From positions 19,406,001 to 19,470,000 of the forward strand of contig OZ316775.1 of the NCBI GenBank assembly GCA_973851085.1: DNA of 64,000 bases. The letters run 5' to 3'. The stretch's first letter is position 1. Each line of letters starts with the position of its first letter. Of the stretch, positions 40,323 to 54,600 are shown piece after piece. The notes under the pieces were generated by a model. The model was not told the DNA's origin. It ran no database searches and worked only from the letters and a program-made list of their open reading frames with translations. Both the position numbers and the translations under genes were made by a program. This DNA comes from Ptychomitrium polyphyllum (Eukaryota).

Positions 40323-42779
40323 GATCGAAAACACTACACGCAGTGATCCCTTACATAAGATTCCACACTGTCAGGATCAGGACCCTTTCTACCATGCATG
40401 GGAATTCTTCTACCACCACCCAAGTATTATCTATGTATCACAAATGTATAAGTATATGTTATTAATATGTTATTCGAGGGTATCACGTGATTGTACCTAA
40501 GTATCACATAAGTATAAACTTGCTTGGCATGGTTTTGTTTAAATTTTTTACGACAGTTTCTAGAGGAGCTTGCTTCCACAAAGTAAAAAAATTTATTTAA
40601 ATTTTTTGTGGCAATCAAAATTTATATATATTTATTAAAGAATTGCTAATTTTTGCAACACTAAATAACTTTTTTGGTGTATGGCCCAATTTGGAGCTTT
40701 CACATATTGATGAATAAATAAATCTTATTCAATTCTTTAGATATCCATTTATACATTCTAAAAATATTATATGGATATGAATTGGATATTATATAAATAT
40801 CACATTGATATTGACTTGACCAATGAAAATAATGCGAAATTTGAAGTAATGACTCCATTGAAATGGGGTGTTTTTTCATAAATTTGGTGGTTTAGAATTT
40901 ATTTATAAAATTCAAATTTAGTATAGTCCTTACTAGCTTTTCGTCCATGCCATTCTTACTTGTTGTAATTCTTCCTACAATAAAACACCAATTAAAATTT
41001 AATTTTGATAGTTGATACTAAGAGGTTATAAAAAGAAAGACTTGGATTCAAATTTTAGGCTATGTTTGTACTACAACATTGCTTACCACCTTAAAATAAG
41101 ATCTTTTAATAATTGAAACATCCAATTAACAAGGTAAGAACTTAAAGGCTATTTCTAATAGAAAGAAGGAATATAATAAAATGTTACTTATGGTGTCCAC
41201 TTCCTCTGGCAAGAGGAAAAAGTGGTACAACCTCTACACATGGTTGCATATCAACCTCGTGAGAATAAAATTACAAATAAACAGAAATGTTTTTGCCACT
41301 TCCAACAAAGTTAATCTTTTTCCTTCCTCCAATATTCTATAATATAAATTTGAAAACATTTGTACTCACCATTGTATTTTGAACTGCACTAACTCGTAAC
41401 GAATAGTTTTCATATTCCAAATTCTCAAAAATAAAAAGATTCCCAAATGAAAATCATATTGAATTGTACATCCACACTATTTCCGTATCAAATCTACTCG
41501 AAAACTTGTATAGGTTCTGATCTAATGAGCCATATGGAAACCAGTCAGTCGGAGTTTTCTATGACAAGTCACGCAGGAAATACAGCCCCACAAGCTGGAA
41601 CGCTGGAACACAAAAAACAGAACACACACAGGCATGCTGCAGCTTGTGTCAAGGGCACGGAGGCGTGTGCCGAGCAAGCCCCCCGCAGGCCGCCAACTTG
41701 ACATTCAACTCCCACACATTGTGGATGAGCGCCCAGCTTCATGATCGAGTCACAATCTCACGCCACTTCTCTGCAACTTCATAAATTCAAAAACAGCTTC
41801 CAACCATGACACTTTCCATCATGAACCCATCTCACTACATGTTCCCAGAATATTATGAAAATGTTCAAACTGCTGAACACATGGTAGGAATCCATACTGG
41901 GCCACGCCGGGTCAGACTCCGAGAACGGCGCGGTTCCATCTACCAGACCCGTTCCAACAAGCGATGTACGTACAAAACTAGCAAAACTAACGAAATTCAT
42001 AGATTTCAGTAAAATAAAGTTTTCGACCTTGGTAAACAATGTTGGTTCAAGGGATGCACTCCAAAACCGTCTGTGCTCCTAAAACCGGCATCTGCTACCA
42101 GGGAAATTGTGTCAGACTGCAAGAATCTACACGTTCTGTAGACGATGTTCGTAGCATATACAGTGTAAAACTGTCACTGTGTGCCCGACACACAGTGACT
42201 GCTCCAGTTGTAGATTTTGTATAGCAGAATAGATGATAACGGTGGTATTTGATATCTGTTTTGGGAGTGGTGACGGGCTTACGTATACACCCTTGAGGTG
42301 GGTTGGTGTGCCTGGAGGACTGAGACCGGCTTGACATGACAGTCTCGCGCCGTCGAGATTGACGGATTCATCACGTTTTGAGTGCCTCCGGGTGGATTGC
42401 TTGCCTCTCGTGAGCTCTGCCAAATTTGGCTTCTTTCAGTTACATCATTTTTAAAGCAGGAATTCATAACATCCATTGCTGCAGCTATCTGAGAGCCAAC
42501 TTCACGGTTTGGATTGCTGCACAAAGATGAGATTTAGGAGTTTCAGGGTGGAGTTTTGAGCCTCTTGAAACCAACGCTGATGGTTGTTTGGAGGAGGCTC
42601 TGAATCTCCTATGTGGTGGAGTTTCGGGGATGTGGAGTGGATTGAACTTTTCACCCGTTTCTGCAGAGAAAACTTTCATTTTTGGTTCAGTTTTGGTAGA
42701 GAACGTGGTTGGTGTTTGTTGTGAAGGGCTCGCCGTTGCGAGAGTTGGGGAGTTTTGAGTGTGACAGATGTTGAGGGAG

Positions 42780-45700
42780 ATGGGGGAGCGGCAGAAGCTT
42801 CTGGTTCTGTACGCGACCCAGACGGGGAATGCCCAGGATGTTGCAGAGCGCGTGGGGCGGGAGGCTGCGCGGCATCACTTCAAGCCGGTGGTGGAGTCCA
42901 TGCACTTGTATGACCCTAATGACCTTCCTCAGGAGAGGTTCGTGGTGTTTGTGGTGTCGACGACGGGGCAGGGCGACCCGCCTGAGTCTATGAGGGCGTT
43001 TTGGAGGTTGTTGTTAAGGAAGAGTTTGGGGCATAGTTGGTTGGAATCAACCCTATTTGCCGTATTCGGGTTGGGCGACTCTGGGTACCAGAAGTACAAT
43101 GTCACCGGAAAGAAACTTGATAGGAGGCTGTTGGATTTGGGCGGGAAGGCTGTAGTGCCCCGAGGGTTAGGCGATGACCAACACCCATCTGGTTTTGAGG
43201 CAGGTTTGGATCCCTGGTTATCGTCTCTGTGGGCTGCTTTACGGCAGCATATTCCACTCCCGGCTGGTCTCGAAGACCCAAGACCTGACGAAACAGGTTT
43301 GTTCGTGCAGTTCGCACCATTTTTCGGTTGCGTGGGGTTTGGTGTAAGGAAATCATGTGACCAGTGCCGTCTGTTGAGGTTTTGCACTTGCCTGAGTCGT
43401 ACGTAACTTGCTAGATAGTTGTATAGTTGATTGGATGCCTTTCTGTTGTATTTCGTTTTTTGTATTCGGATGCTTGGTTTTTTACATTTGGAAAGTTGTT
43501 TCACGGTGTGCAGGTATCACTATACTGGACCCTCCCAAGTACAGGGTTACCTTTCATCATCCCTCAGCACCAGAGTCTAAGCTGGCTGTTTTACCCGAAA
43601 GTTTAAAGACGAACATCGTAGAAAGGTGAGCACTCGTATCATGTACATAGTATTGCTTGTTCTTGAAAACTTGCTTCGGAACAGTTTTGTGCCATAATTT
43701 TTTCTTGTATCTGGCCTCGTACAGTGAGGACACTGTTAATAGTGGCGGTTGTAGATCCTTCATATCTGCTGTTTTAGTTCGTGAATGAGATATGCATAGG
43801 TAGAGCACCTAATGTTGGAGCAGAACAAGCTTACTTAATAAGCAGTCTTGTTGTCTATTCGTTATTTTAATTAAAAACGACTTGGACAGATGGGTTGAAC
43901 ATGGCAAAGCCCGGGTTATGGTAGATTCTGCCGGCAACCCTTTCGGGAATGCAAGGGAGCACAACAGTATTAGCACCGGGTATGGTCCTCCAAGCATGCC
44001 AGTGTTTGCTAAGATGCTGACGAATTCTCGGATCACCAGTGAGGACCACGAGCAAGACGTTCGGCACATTGAGCTGGACTTGAGAAATTTGGTAAGAGTT
44101 TTATCGTTGTGTGAAGTGGTTGCAAAACTAGAGTGAACTGTAGTTTGATACGAGCCACACATGATTGGCAAAGTTGTCGCTCTGATTTTTGGTTCTAGTT
44201 TGCGAGCATCTTTGAAGGTTTTATTTAGACGGTGTCTTTTGTCTACTCGTTTCTCACACTTCAGCGTAATTGTTTAGTATTCAAGATTGATCCCTCATGA
44301 CATCTATGCGTACCATTGCTTACGAACTGTTTGATTAAAATGAGATTGGGTACACAGGGAGCTCGATATGTACCCGGGAATATCTTGACCTTGTTGCCAA
44401 GCCAAAACCAAGTATCTGTTGACAAATTTTTAAGTCGCTGTGGCCTCGATGGAGACGCCTTTGTAACAGTGGAAGCCGCAGACAGTGATGTTTGCACCAT
44501 TGCACAGGCAGAGGGCTTTGGCTTGATGTCAAAGAAAACAGTGGTTCCGGTTAGGACAATAGTTGAGGCTCTCATGGATATTGACTCTGGTTCTCCTCGC
44601 CGTTATTTCTTTGAGGTTATGAGCCATTTCGCCAAGGCTGAACATGAGAAAGAAAGACTGCAGTATTTTGCAACTCCTGAAGGTCGTGATGATTTGTATC
44701 GATACAATCAAAGAGAACGACGGTCGGTTCTTGAAGTATTAGAAGACTTTCCTTCTGTTCAGGTAAGTTGGCTTGTGATTGGAGAACTGTGGACACTTAT
44801 ATGATCTGCTAGCAGGTGTTTATTTGTTTATTTATGTCATAATGAAATATCATGTATATTCCAGCTCTGAGTTATCACTTCTTCACCTCAATTAATTTTG
44901 CTAGTAAGTGAAGTTGTTAAGGAACGTGAATACAGTAAGGGCTGCTGTTCCTTCATACATGTTTTTTGGGTGCTGCGTTGAACACCCGTCATTATCGTTT
45001 CTGAAAAAAGCGTTGCTATTTGCAGTTACCATTTGAATGGCTTCTACAAACTGTACCTCGTCTTCAACAGCGCTCCTTCTCCATCTCATCTTCCCTTTTG
45101 GCACATCCAAATGAGGCTCATTTGACAGTAGCTGTGGTTGAGTGGACGACTCCATTCAAGAGGAAGCGAAGAGGTCTCTGCTCCTCATGGCTTGCCTCTC
45201 TTGATCCCAAGAATGGGAAGGTTTTTTTGCCTGTTTGGTTTACGAAGGGTGCTATTTCACTGCCTTCTCCTTCTGTGCCACTGATTCTTGTCGGACCTGG
45301 AACTGGCTGCGCTCCCTTCCATTCATTTATTCAAGAGCGAATAGCACTTTTGAATACGGGAGAAGCGGTGGCACCAGTTTTGTTCTTCTTTGGCTGTCGG
45401 AACAAGTCCAAGGACTATTTATATGAAGCAGATTGGTCAACATGGTCCAAAGGCCAAAATGTTCTGTCAGTTGAAGTTGGTGGAGGATTTTTTGTTGCGT
45501 TCTCTAGAGATCAACCAGGAAAGGTGTACGTGCAGCATAAAATAATTGAGCAGGTATCATCCTCAGCAGACATTTCTTACTTATATGGATGGGTTTTATT
45601 TCTTTAAGTGACGTCTTATATTTGTAGGCTAAATTGAGTTAAGGTTCAGGACAGGTGTGTAGAGGAGCTCTTTAGATTCATTAATAGGAGCATCATTTTT

Positions 45701-45957
45701 GTAAAAATGAGAGCTATATGACTTTGTCTGGGTTAACTAATGTGAATTTGTCTGTGCAGGGGAAAAAAGTTTTGCAGATGATCCAGGCAGGAGCAGTTAT
45801 TTATGTTGCGGGATCTGCCAACAAGATGCCAGCTGATGTTCTGTCAGCTTTTGAGAGTGTAATTGCAAAGGAGACAGGATGGCCCCAGGAATCAGTATCA
45901 AGGTATTTGAGAGATCTTGAGCGCAAGAGTCGGTATGTAGTTGAAGCATGGTCGTGA
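42780..45957 (+). CDS. ATR3: NADPH-dependent diflavin oxidoreductase 1 (NDOR1/TAH18/ATR3); exons 42780(or 42768)-43296, 43514-43625, 43890-44091, 44358-44762, 45026-45553, 45760-45957
   Basis: LLVLYATQTGNAQDVAE, STTGQGDPP, FGLGDSGYQKYN, GLGDDQHPSG, RSFSISSS, LILVGPGTGCAPF, FFFGCRN, AFSRDQ..KVYVQH, C-terminal VEAWS. Confidence 0.95.
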
Positions 45958-47289
45958 TCTAGGTATTCAAGAGTTTTAAGAGATGCTTCATACAATTTTG
46001 TAGAATGTGCTCAGGATTGCATTACAACATTCTTTCCATGTAGAGATTGCGGTTCTACATGATGACATTCATTCGTTCAGTTGCTGCTGCAGAACCTAGT
46101 GCTCAGATATGTATATATATTTTATCCAATTTTCAACATCAACATGATTTAATTGGGAAGTGTTCAGCTCGAATTTTTTGAAAGCTGGTGCTTAGGAAAG
46201 TGCAGTTACTCTTTAATTCCTTCTCCTGATTGTTTTAATCAGATTTGACCTTGCTGATTGCTTTTACTATGTCCTTAGAAGTGGAAACAGGGTCCATGTA
46301 TATAGTCCATTGCAACCATTTGGGCTAGGTACTTCCATCTCATATTCATACCTGTATATATTCACACTCAATGAAGTTCCAGGTGAACACAACTCCATAG
46401 ATTTTGATGAAACTTCTCAAACTCCATCAGTTAGCATGCTTGCAAGGAACGTAGTTTGGGCATCCAAAGTCCTTGTACTCGACAAAAATCGCACAAGCTT
46501 TTCTTGCGGTGGCTGAATATTTTTTGCAGTGCTCATCCAATGACCACACACGCCCGTGCAACCAATTTAGAGTGTGCGGAGAAAGGGATGACAGTTTATC
46601 TATAGATTTCGGACCCTTCCAATTAAATAGCTCATAATTTTGTTTTAGAGATTGTTTTCACATACAATATTTTGTAGGTACTCGAAGCTTGACAGAAGCA
46701 TTATCAAGCAAAAATTGGAAGGAAAAATGGTTTCTCAGTTTTCATACGTGAGACCTCAAAAGTCAATGGCATGCATATCTACATTACTAATTTTATGTGA
46801 ATTTACATTCTGGTGGGCGGTGGAGATCTGCACTCACCTTTTGATATGATAGTTTAATGCACTTATTAGATCACAATGAACGACAACTCACTAACGCGAT
46901 ATTCAGATTGAATGCCGTGACTTTGCTATCGCGAAGACTTGCAACTTTCGGCTTCAGTAAAGCTTGAACCACGAAGGAGCACTTCCGGAAGTGCTGCCGG
47001 CCCACTCGATATTTTAACATGGTGTCGCCATTTTCAAATACCGTAATCGCCACGTCTTATGGAGACAGTGACATGGAATGCAAGCATTAGTGGCGTAACA
47101 CAGATGCTCTCTGATCTTCGTGTGTATAAACCCAGCATTTTAAATCCTTTGGTCGCACACCGTAGTCGAGTTCCACTTTGTCTCGCAAATTTGCTTAGTC
47201 TGAAGTAAACAGAAGTAGAATCTTGAGCTGCCTGTTGTAAAAGAAGAGTGAGCAGTAGAGATCAGGGAACACAGCACATCTAAGACCTA

Positions 47290-48948
47290 ATGGCGGGATG
47301 GGGTGGAGCAACCCACGTTAAGGTGCGTGTCCTAACTCGCGTCGTTTTTATTTCCATTTCTATGACGCTGCTAACTTGCATCAGAGATGATCGCTCAAGT
47401 GGCAAGGCGGATGAAGTTGCCGAGATTGCTAGCTTGTATCTCGTTTGAAGATTTCTCTTTATTCGAATCAGAAGCGTTTGCTTAACTCACTTGTAGCTGT
47501 CGAAGGGCGAAGCTGCACCGCAACATGGACCACAAGCAGCACAATTGGCCATGGGCGTTCTGTCGCCGCTTCTGTTCGGGCACGCAGCAGCCATGACACT
47601 CAAAGCCGCAGTGGTGCTCAACATTCCGGACATCCTTGCACGGGCAGAGCCCCAGAGATCAACCCTCTCCGCCCACGAGATAGCCACCGAGCTTCCCAGC
47701 GATTCCGTGGACGAGCTCTCCCTTCACCGAATCATGCGTGCTTTGGTGCATCTCGGCGTCTTCTCCGCAGAGCAGGCCAAGACAGGTTCCGGCGAACCTC
47801 TCGCTCGCTATGGCCTGACCCCAGCTTCACGAATGTTGGTGCGAGAGAACAACCCCCGCAGCCTTGCGCCCATGGTTACTTTTGTTAATTACAAAAACTC
47901 CCAGACCCCGTGGCAGTACCTCCACGAGAATGTCTTGTATGGGAAGAATCTATTTGAGGCAGCATATGGGAAGGTACGCACACCGGATGGACTTAAGAAC
48001 ATGGGATCGCGGTTGGCCTTTGTTGTGCAATCTCTAGTAGGTTTTTGTTTTTCTGAAACGACGTAGGTTTTATTTTGAAGTGTTCTTGGAAGTACTCAGA
48101 GGACGATCCTGAGTATGCAGCACTCTGGAACGTCGTCAATGGAGTTCAGGGAGCGCAGGCCATTGGTGCATTGAAGTGTTACGATGGGCTCAAAGATGTG
48201 AAGACCCTCGTTGATGTGGGTGGGAACAAGGGCGAAGCAGTTGCTGCTATTGTTGCTGCGCATCCTCACATTCGCGGAATCAACTTTGACTTCCCTCACG
48301 TTGTTGCGGGGGCACCTGATGTTCCCGGTACACATCTCATTACATTTTTCTATGACAATTCCGGATATTGCAATTGTCTTCGTCGTGCATATCTTTGGAA
48401 GCTCTAATGCTGATGAACTGGATGCTTGTGATTCGGGATAGGAGTGGAGCACATTGCCGGAAATCTACTGGAGACTGATGTACCGAGCGGGGATACCATG
48501 CTCTTGAAGGTCTGCATAAGGGAAATCCTAATCCATGCTTTCACGAATTTGGTCATCGTGTTTGGTGTTTGCACCAAACATAAAGCAGTCACAAATTTGT
48601 CACAAAATAGGACGATAAATTCACTATAGTCGTTCTATTTGGTGTTTGCAGAATGTCGTGCACCTGTTCAACGATGAAGACTCTCTCAAAGTCCTTCAAA
48701 ACTGCAAGAAATCACTGACAGCCGATGGCAAACTTCTAATCTATGACCCTGTGATTCCATCCGAGTCTGGAGGTGAAAGCCCATACACAGGAGTGCCACC
48801 GATGCTGGATGTAGCTTTGCTAGTTCATGCTGGAGGGGTGGATCGCACTGAGGAGCAGTGGAGGTCTCTCGTGGCTCTCGCTGGATTCCCAAACGTAAGG
48901 TTTATTTGTCTTCAGCCTCAACACTGGCTCATTGAAGCCAGCCAGTGA
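47290..48948 (+). CDS. SAM-dependent O-methyltransferase, COMT-like class; exons 47290-47322, 47497-47973, 48081-48327, 48442-48509, 48652-48948
   Basis: Dimerisation domain MTLKAAVVLNIPDIL..LHRIMRALV..YGLTPASR; LVDVGGNKG; GINFDFPHVV; GVEHIAGN; LQNCKKSL..GKLLIYD; RTEEQW; all exons join in frame; upstream GCCACGTC 47049 and TATA ~47126. Confidence 0.9.
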
Positions 48949-51613
48949 GAATTCTATGCATATAGTACAAACGCAGATTTTAAGTTCCGTAAGTTATGTT
49001 CAAAACCAGCAGGTCATTCTCCACTTGAAACAGATCTAGCAGGATGATAGAAGGTGATACACAATCGGTCGGCTACAGAGCCGCTTTGGAACTACCACTG
49101 GAAGCTCCAGAATATGAAGCAGTAACCGTTGCAGATTGCAGAATGGCTACTCTACGAGAGAAAGACCGTTCTTTCATGCAAAGACAAGCAGTGACGGAGA
49201 ATGTTGTATTAACCGGGCCTATGGACAACCTTATTTTCAGAAAAGAATTGGGATGCGATCCCAGAACATGTAACTTCGGTTGGCATATCTCACGAACTTG
49301 CTCCGAACAAGGGTTCCAACACTTTAGTTTCTTCAACCCTGCAAGCTCATAGAACCGGTAATAACCCTTTTTCATTATAAACACTCAAGCTATTTAGTCT
49401 GCTAGTATCAATGGAGTGCATCCTCAAGAACTGAATGGTTTGGAATCAAAATCTCTGAAACGAATTTGAATCTTATCAGTCACTTCCACTCAGATTGTTC
49501 AGCAGTTTACTAATACAATGTATTGCAAAGAATACAGAAAATTAAAGCATTCTAGAAATCTATGTACAATACGAAGGACTTGGATTGTCCTCCGTGCTAA
49601 TTTTAAGGACATGCAGTTTGCTCATTCTCATGCATTCTAAACAACGTTGTAAGTCAATTAGCATGGTTTGACTTGTGAAAACACTCCACATGATTATGTT
49701 GGTAAGAAGTGGGTTACTTTTGTGCATCATGAAAATGTGTTTTATCCTCAGAAATGTGTGTTGGGCAATTAAATGATAAAATTTGAATATTGCTACATTT
49801 AAGCTAGTAGAACAATTGGTGTTATGAAAATATTGATTGTAAAAGCATAGCACATACTATGTAGAGCAAAAATTACAAATGAATAATTTGAATTTGTGGA
49901 ATTAGGATATGAATCATTATAGAAATTAAATACTTGAATTAAGAAGCATTAAGAACAATTTGTTTAGTTGTAATTAACTTATTCTTTTTTTAAGTTGAAA
50001 AAACAATGTGAAAATTGGATCTTGACTTCTCATCTTTTGTAGACAATGAAATATTATAAAGAGAGTCTATGATAAATTAAATGGAACTTTATTGTTAACA
50101 AAATTGAGTTTTAACTATAAATTTTCTTTTATAGGAATTCAAGTAAAACCTAGATAACTCAATATAAGTGTTAAATGTTTATATGCTATGATATAAATCA
50201 CTTAGGCCATAAGCCCTTTTTTTACCTATTATCATTCATTATAGTATCCATTATTATGGAACAAAACAACAATTTTGGAACTATAATAATGTATCTTAAT
50301 TAACTCAAAGCAAGTTAAATTATATATTTTATAAACCATTTAAATGCAAATTCACTGCTTTTTAGCTAGTGTGCTCATCTATTGGCAAAAAAATTGCTAT
50401 ACAACTTCAAAAACTTGACAATCATCTTTTACTTCTTTTAAATCTATTTCATATATGAGATTATTTTAGAACTTTAGAACTTTCCATTATAATGAAGCTG
50501 ATGTTTGTCCAACTTTGCTTAAAATGTCTTCAAAACATTCATACTTATATGATTCAAAGACCATTTTAAATGCATAACTTGCAAATTGGATTAAGAGCTA
50601 CTTTTTATTTCAAAAAATAACAATAATTTAAGTTTTGACATTTGATAAGTATTGTAAGGCCTTATATTTTTTTTAAACTAAATATTACTGAAATTCTAAA
50701 TCTACAATGGTAGAAATTTGATTATAACATCAAAGTTGTAAAAGATATTACATAAAGAATTAGAAAACAAAAGTATAGAATTCTTCAAGACAAACTAAAA
50801 AACCAAAATACACTATTATGTAATTCCTGATAAAATTGTAATAAATATTTGAACTTAACTGAATATGACAAAATAATTCCAAATTTCAAAGTTAACATTC
50901 TTTTATTTATATTAAATGCACAAACGACATATATACACAATATACTCCACAAATTCTTTTTTAAGAACCCATATTTGAATTAATCTAAAAAATAATAATA
51001 TTAAAAAGGGTTTTAAAATTGAAAGGTCATTTGTTCCATTTAGTAATGAAAGGTCATAATTGAATTTTGAAAGTAAAAATTGAAATTCATATTTTTAACC
51101 TAGAACATCAAATCAAACTCATACCACTAGCAAATTTAAAAGTTGTTTCAAATTAGAATTGATAACATCAAATTACACATAAGTTGATAAGAATATTAAA
51201 TCCCAATAATGCTTTAAACTGAATTCCAATCAATGGCGAAGGATACTTTTAACAAGAGACGTTTCCTTTGCACAAACAAAATGTAGACTCACCTAACATG
51301 TATTATGTAGTAAGACATATATCATAAAGATATTTCCGTTATCTCTATCGCTAGTTGAAACTAACCAAGCATCTTGAGCTGACAATGAAAATTACTGGAT
51401 AGGTATGTACACTTTCCTTGACAAAATTGATACCGGCAAATCTCTTCTGGCGAAGTGCAGAGAATACTTTGAAGTTGCAATAAAAACACTTTGACAACCC
51501 CTAAAATCACCTGAAAGCAAGGTGAAGAAATGTACAACTAAGACAAGCCGCAAACGAATATTATGTAGCAACCACAGTGCAGGCTTGTTTGGATCTACTG
51601 ACTGCAAGTAGTC

Positions 51614-54600
51614 TCAAATGAAACAGGAACTATGACAAGCCTTAGACTTTTTGCGGCTGGGATATACTACCTCCCTGCAAAACAAAAAAGCGATATCAGC
51701 GTCGTTACACGGTCATGAATCTATAACATAGGAATCAGTTGAACAAGCTCGTAATCATGTAAATAAGATAAATGACAAGGATACCAACGTTAAAGTCAAT
51801 GTGGACATCAGAAGAATTTCACTTCTTAAATACAAACTCATACCTCAATGCCTCATCTAGCTCTCGATCATCAGCACAATTATACCCCAACAGGTAGGCG
51901 CGTGCTGTAAACCCATACATGAAATTAGACATCACCTTGGGAGAGCTTTGAAAAGATTTTGTTAATGAGATTTCAAGGAACGTCAAATTTATATAGCAAT
52001 AAGCAGCACAAACAATCGAGTAACACCAACCTTGGTTCGTTATGCTAAACACATGCTCATAATGAAACAAAAAGGAATGCAAATTTATTTCATTACCAAG
52101 ACGACTTGATCCCAAGAAAGGCTCTCCCTCTTCGGCCGTTGCATTCGCGTCTGCCTGTTGTTGCCCCTGTGACAAATCAACGCATATCGTATGATGAGTA
52201 CACGTGTCTTCAACCTCGGAAAAACAATATCAGATGATAATTCAATGTACATACTTCTTACATTTGTGCAAGAAGGTTTCTAAAATACTTACAAACTCAG
52301 CTCCATTTTCCTCAGCAGGCGAGAGCCAACGATCAAAACAGCGACCAGATACAGTGCACACAAGAAGTTCATTGGAAGAATCCAAAACAGTTTCTTTACA
52401 CGTGTCATCGCATACTGCAACAGGAAGAGGTCACCAAGTTAGATATGCTCGATGGGTAACTGCAATTAAACATCACAAAAGTCACAAACACTACAGAAGC
52501 GTAATACACTGTACTGAATATGATACTTCGGATAGCCCTCGTGTATCCCAAAATAATAACTGAAATTTTCAAGAGAGTAACAAGCATGAAGTACCATGAG
52601 CTCGGCCAGTCTTCTCGCACAAAAAGACATCCCCAATTTGATAGTAAGAACAAGTCCTGCCAGAGCACAAGTGATCACCAGTATATACATCTGCCAGAGC
52701 TTGACTTCGTCTCCAGGCCGTAATCTGATCAGCAATAGATGTGTCCACCACTACCAGGTCGTCATAAACCTACAAACGTACAGGTGTTAGTAGCATAAAG
52801 CATCAAACAATCTAGGCTATAACACAGCGATATCTTGCACAATACAGGTTGTATGTTAATCTGTACAGTGATGTCATAACATTGATACACTCTCCAATAT
52901 TCAATACAAACATCAACACCGCTCAAGTACTCGACCACATGTAGATTCACATAGAGAAATCAAAACAGAAATCTAATACAAAATTCGAGTACAATTGTAA
53001 GCATATTTCTTACTGGTTGACTCTCTTAGAAACTCGGTCATCCAAATAATTTCAACACAAATACATCAAGGATCAGATAAATTCCACTATCAAGCACAAA
53101 ATGGACCACCAACATCAAATGAGTACCAAAATAATCGTATGCTGCAAATTTTTAGTAGATAGAGTAAGTCACCTGAGATTTCAAAGGGGCCTGACTACGT
53201 TTCGCAGCCTGCATCTGGATAAATAACTCACGGAATTCTCCAGGTGTATTTCGTACGAACTCCGCCATATCAGCATGATCACGCTGCTCATATCCAACCA
53301 AAGATGACGATTCTTGTAAATGGTATTAAACTTAAGTATAGTACGTCTTAAGAAACTCAAATCTAGTAGTGTCTAAATAAAGACCTCATCAGAGCTTACG
53401 ATTTAGAGAACTCATACATTCTAGCTTATACATTAGAAAGTCTTCTAATAAAGAGACGTAACAACTACTTAACATAAAGGAGGTCATACAAGAAAATATA
53501 GATCAGTCATAATCAAGGTCTAGCTCGGCTAGAAGAATAGACACAAGAGTATCCACGCTCAAGTGCAGGGAAAAAGAAGTTTCCACTCACTTCAAAGTAT
53601 AATTTCTTCCATGCGCTACCTCGGAATTCCTTACGCCCATTTGGTGTTGCTGGAGGGCCCCATCTCAGACAGTACCTGCAAATGTAGACAACTTTGAGAA
53701 ATCAAATATCACTAAAATTTGACTGTTGTAAGAGCGTCACATTATTAAGCATCAAGTTTCTGTAGTAGCACCTCTGTATACCTCGGTCATCACAAACAAG
53801 CAATAGAAATAGGATTTATGTGCATAAATGATCCCGACATAATAGCACTACCATTTGGCAATAACAACTTGATGCACGAGTAACAGGTGAGCAATAAGTC
53901 AAAGCAATAGTGAAAAAAGTAACGCACAGTTTACGCCAAAGACTCTCGTCTGAAGCAGCCCTCCGAAGAAAGCGGCATACGGTTGTACAATTTGATAGAT
54001 CCTGAAATAGATTGACGTTCAAGTTTCAAAGTACTGTACATTCAAATCAGTAAGATCTCAAACATCCTGCACTTCACTATACTGGAACACAACACTGAGA
54101 AAGAAGTATATACCATGACATAATGATATAAATCCACAGGATAGATCTACCAGTACTTTCAAAATATCACAACATGATGAATATGAAGTACCTCTGATGA
54201 AAGAAATCGCAATATATTTTGAAAAAGTTCTGAAGGAATCTTTCCAAAGTTCCCGGTCTGAATGCTGACTTGAGACTCTCCACCTTCCGCAATTGCCTAC
54301 CCAAGGGATCAAAATACTCAAATATGAAAATAGTGCAAACAAACCCCCAACTGTGTAGACAAGATGTCCTACAGTGAATTAGACACATCTGGCTAGTTCA
54401 AAACCTCCAGCATACCGCCCACTCAGGGGTAACTGCTCAAATCAGAAACACCACCTACCTCTCTACTAAGGGTACAGGAGAGCAGTACCAGATCAACCTG
54501 GTCGTGGGACTGCACAGGCTCCAGCTTGAGGGGCAGGCAGGGAAGTCAGCTGATGAACGATATGTGGAAGCCAGGTCTAGCATCCAGCACCATTTCAATG

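Noticed and set aside
41447..42700. Cluster of short ORFs upstream of ATR3
   Set aside because: No recognisable homology; consistent with promoter or 5' leader; uORF status needs a TSS.
49044..49384. Overlapping 102- and 103-aa ORFs after the OMT stop
   Set aside because: No recognisable domain or splice context; probably 3' UTR or intergenic.
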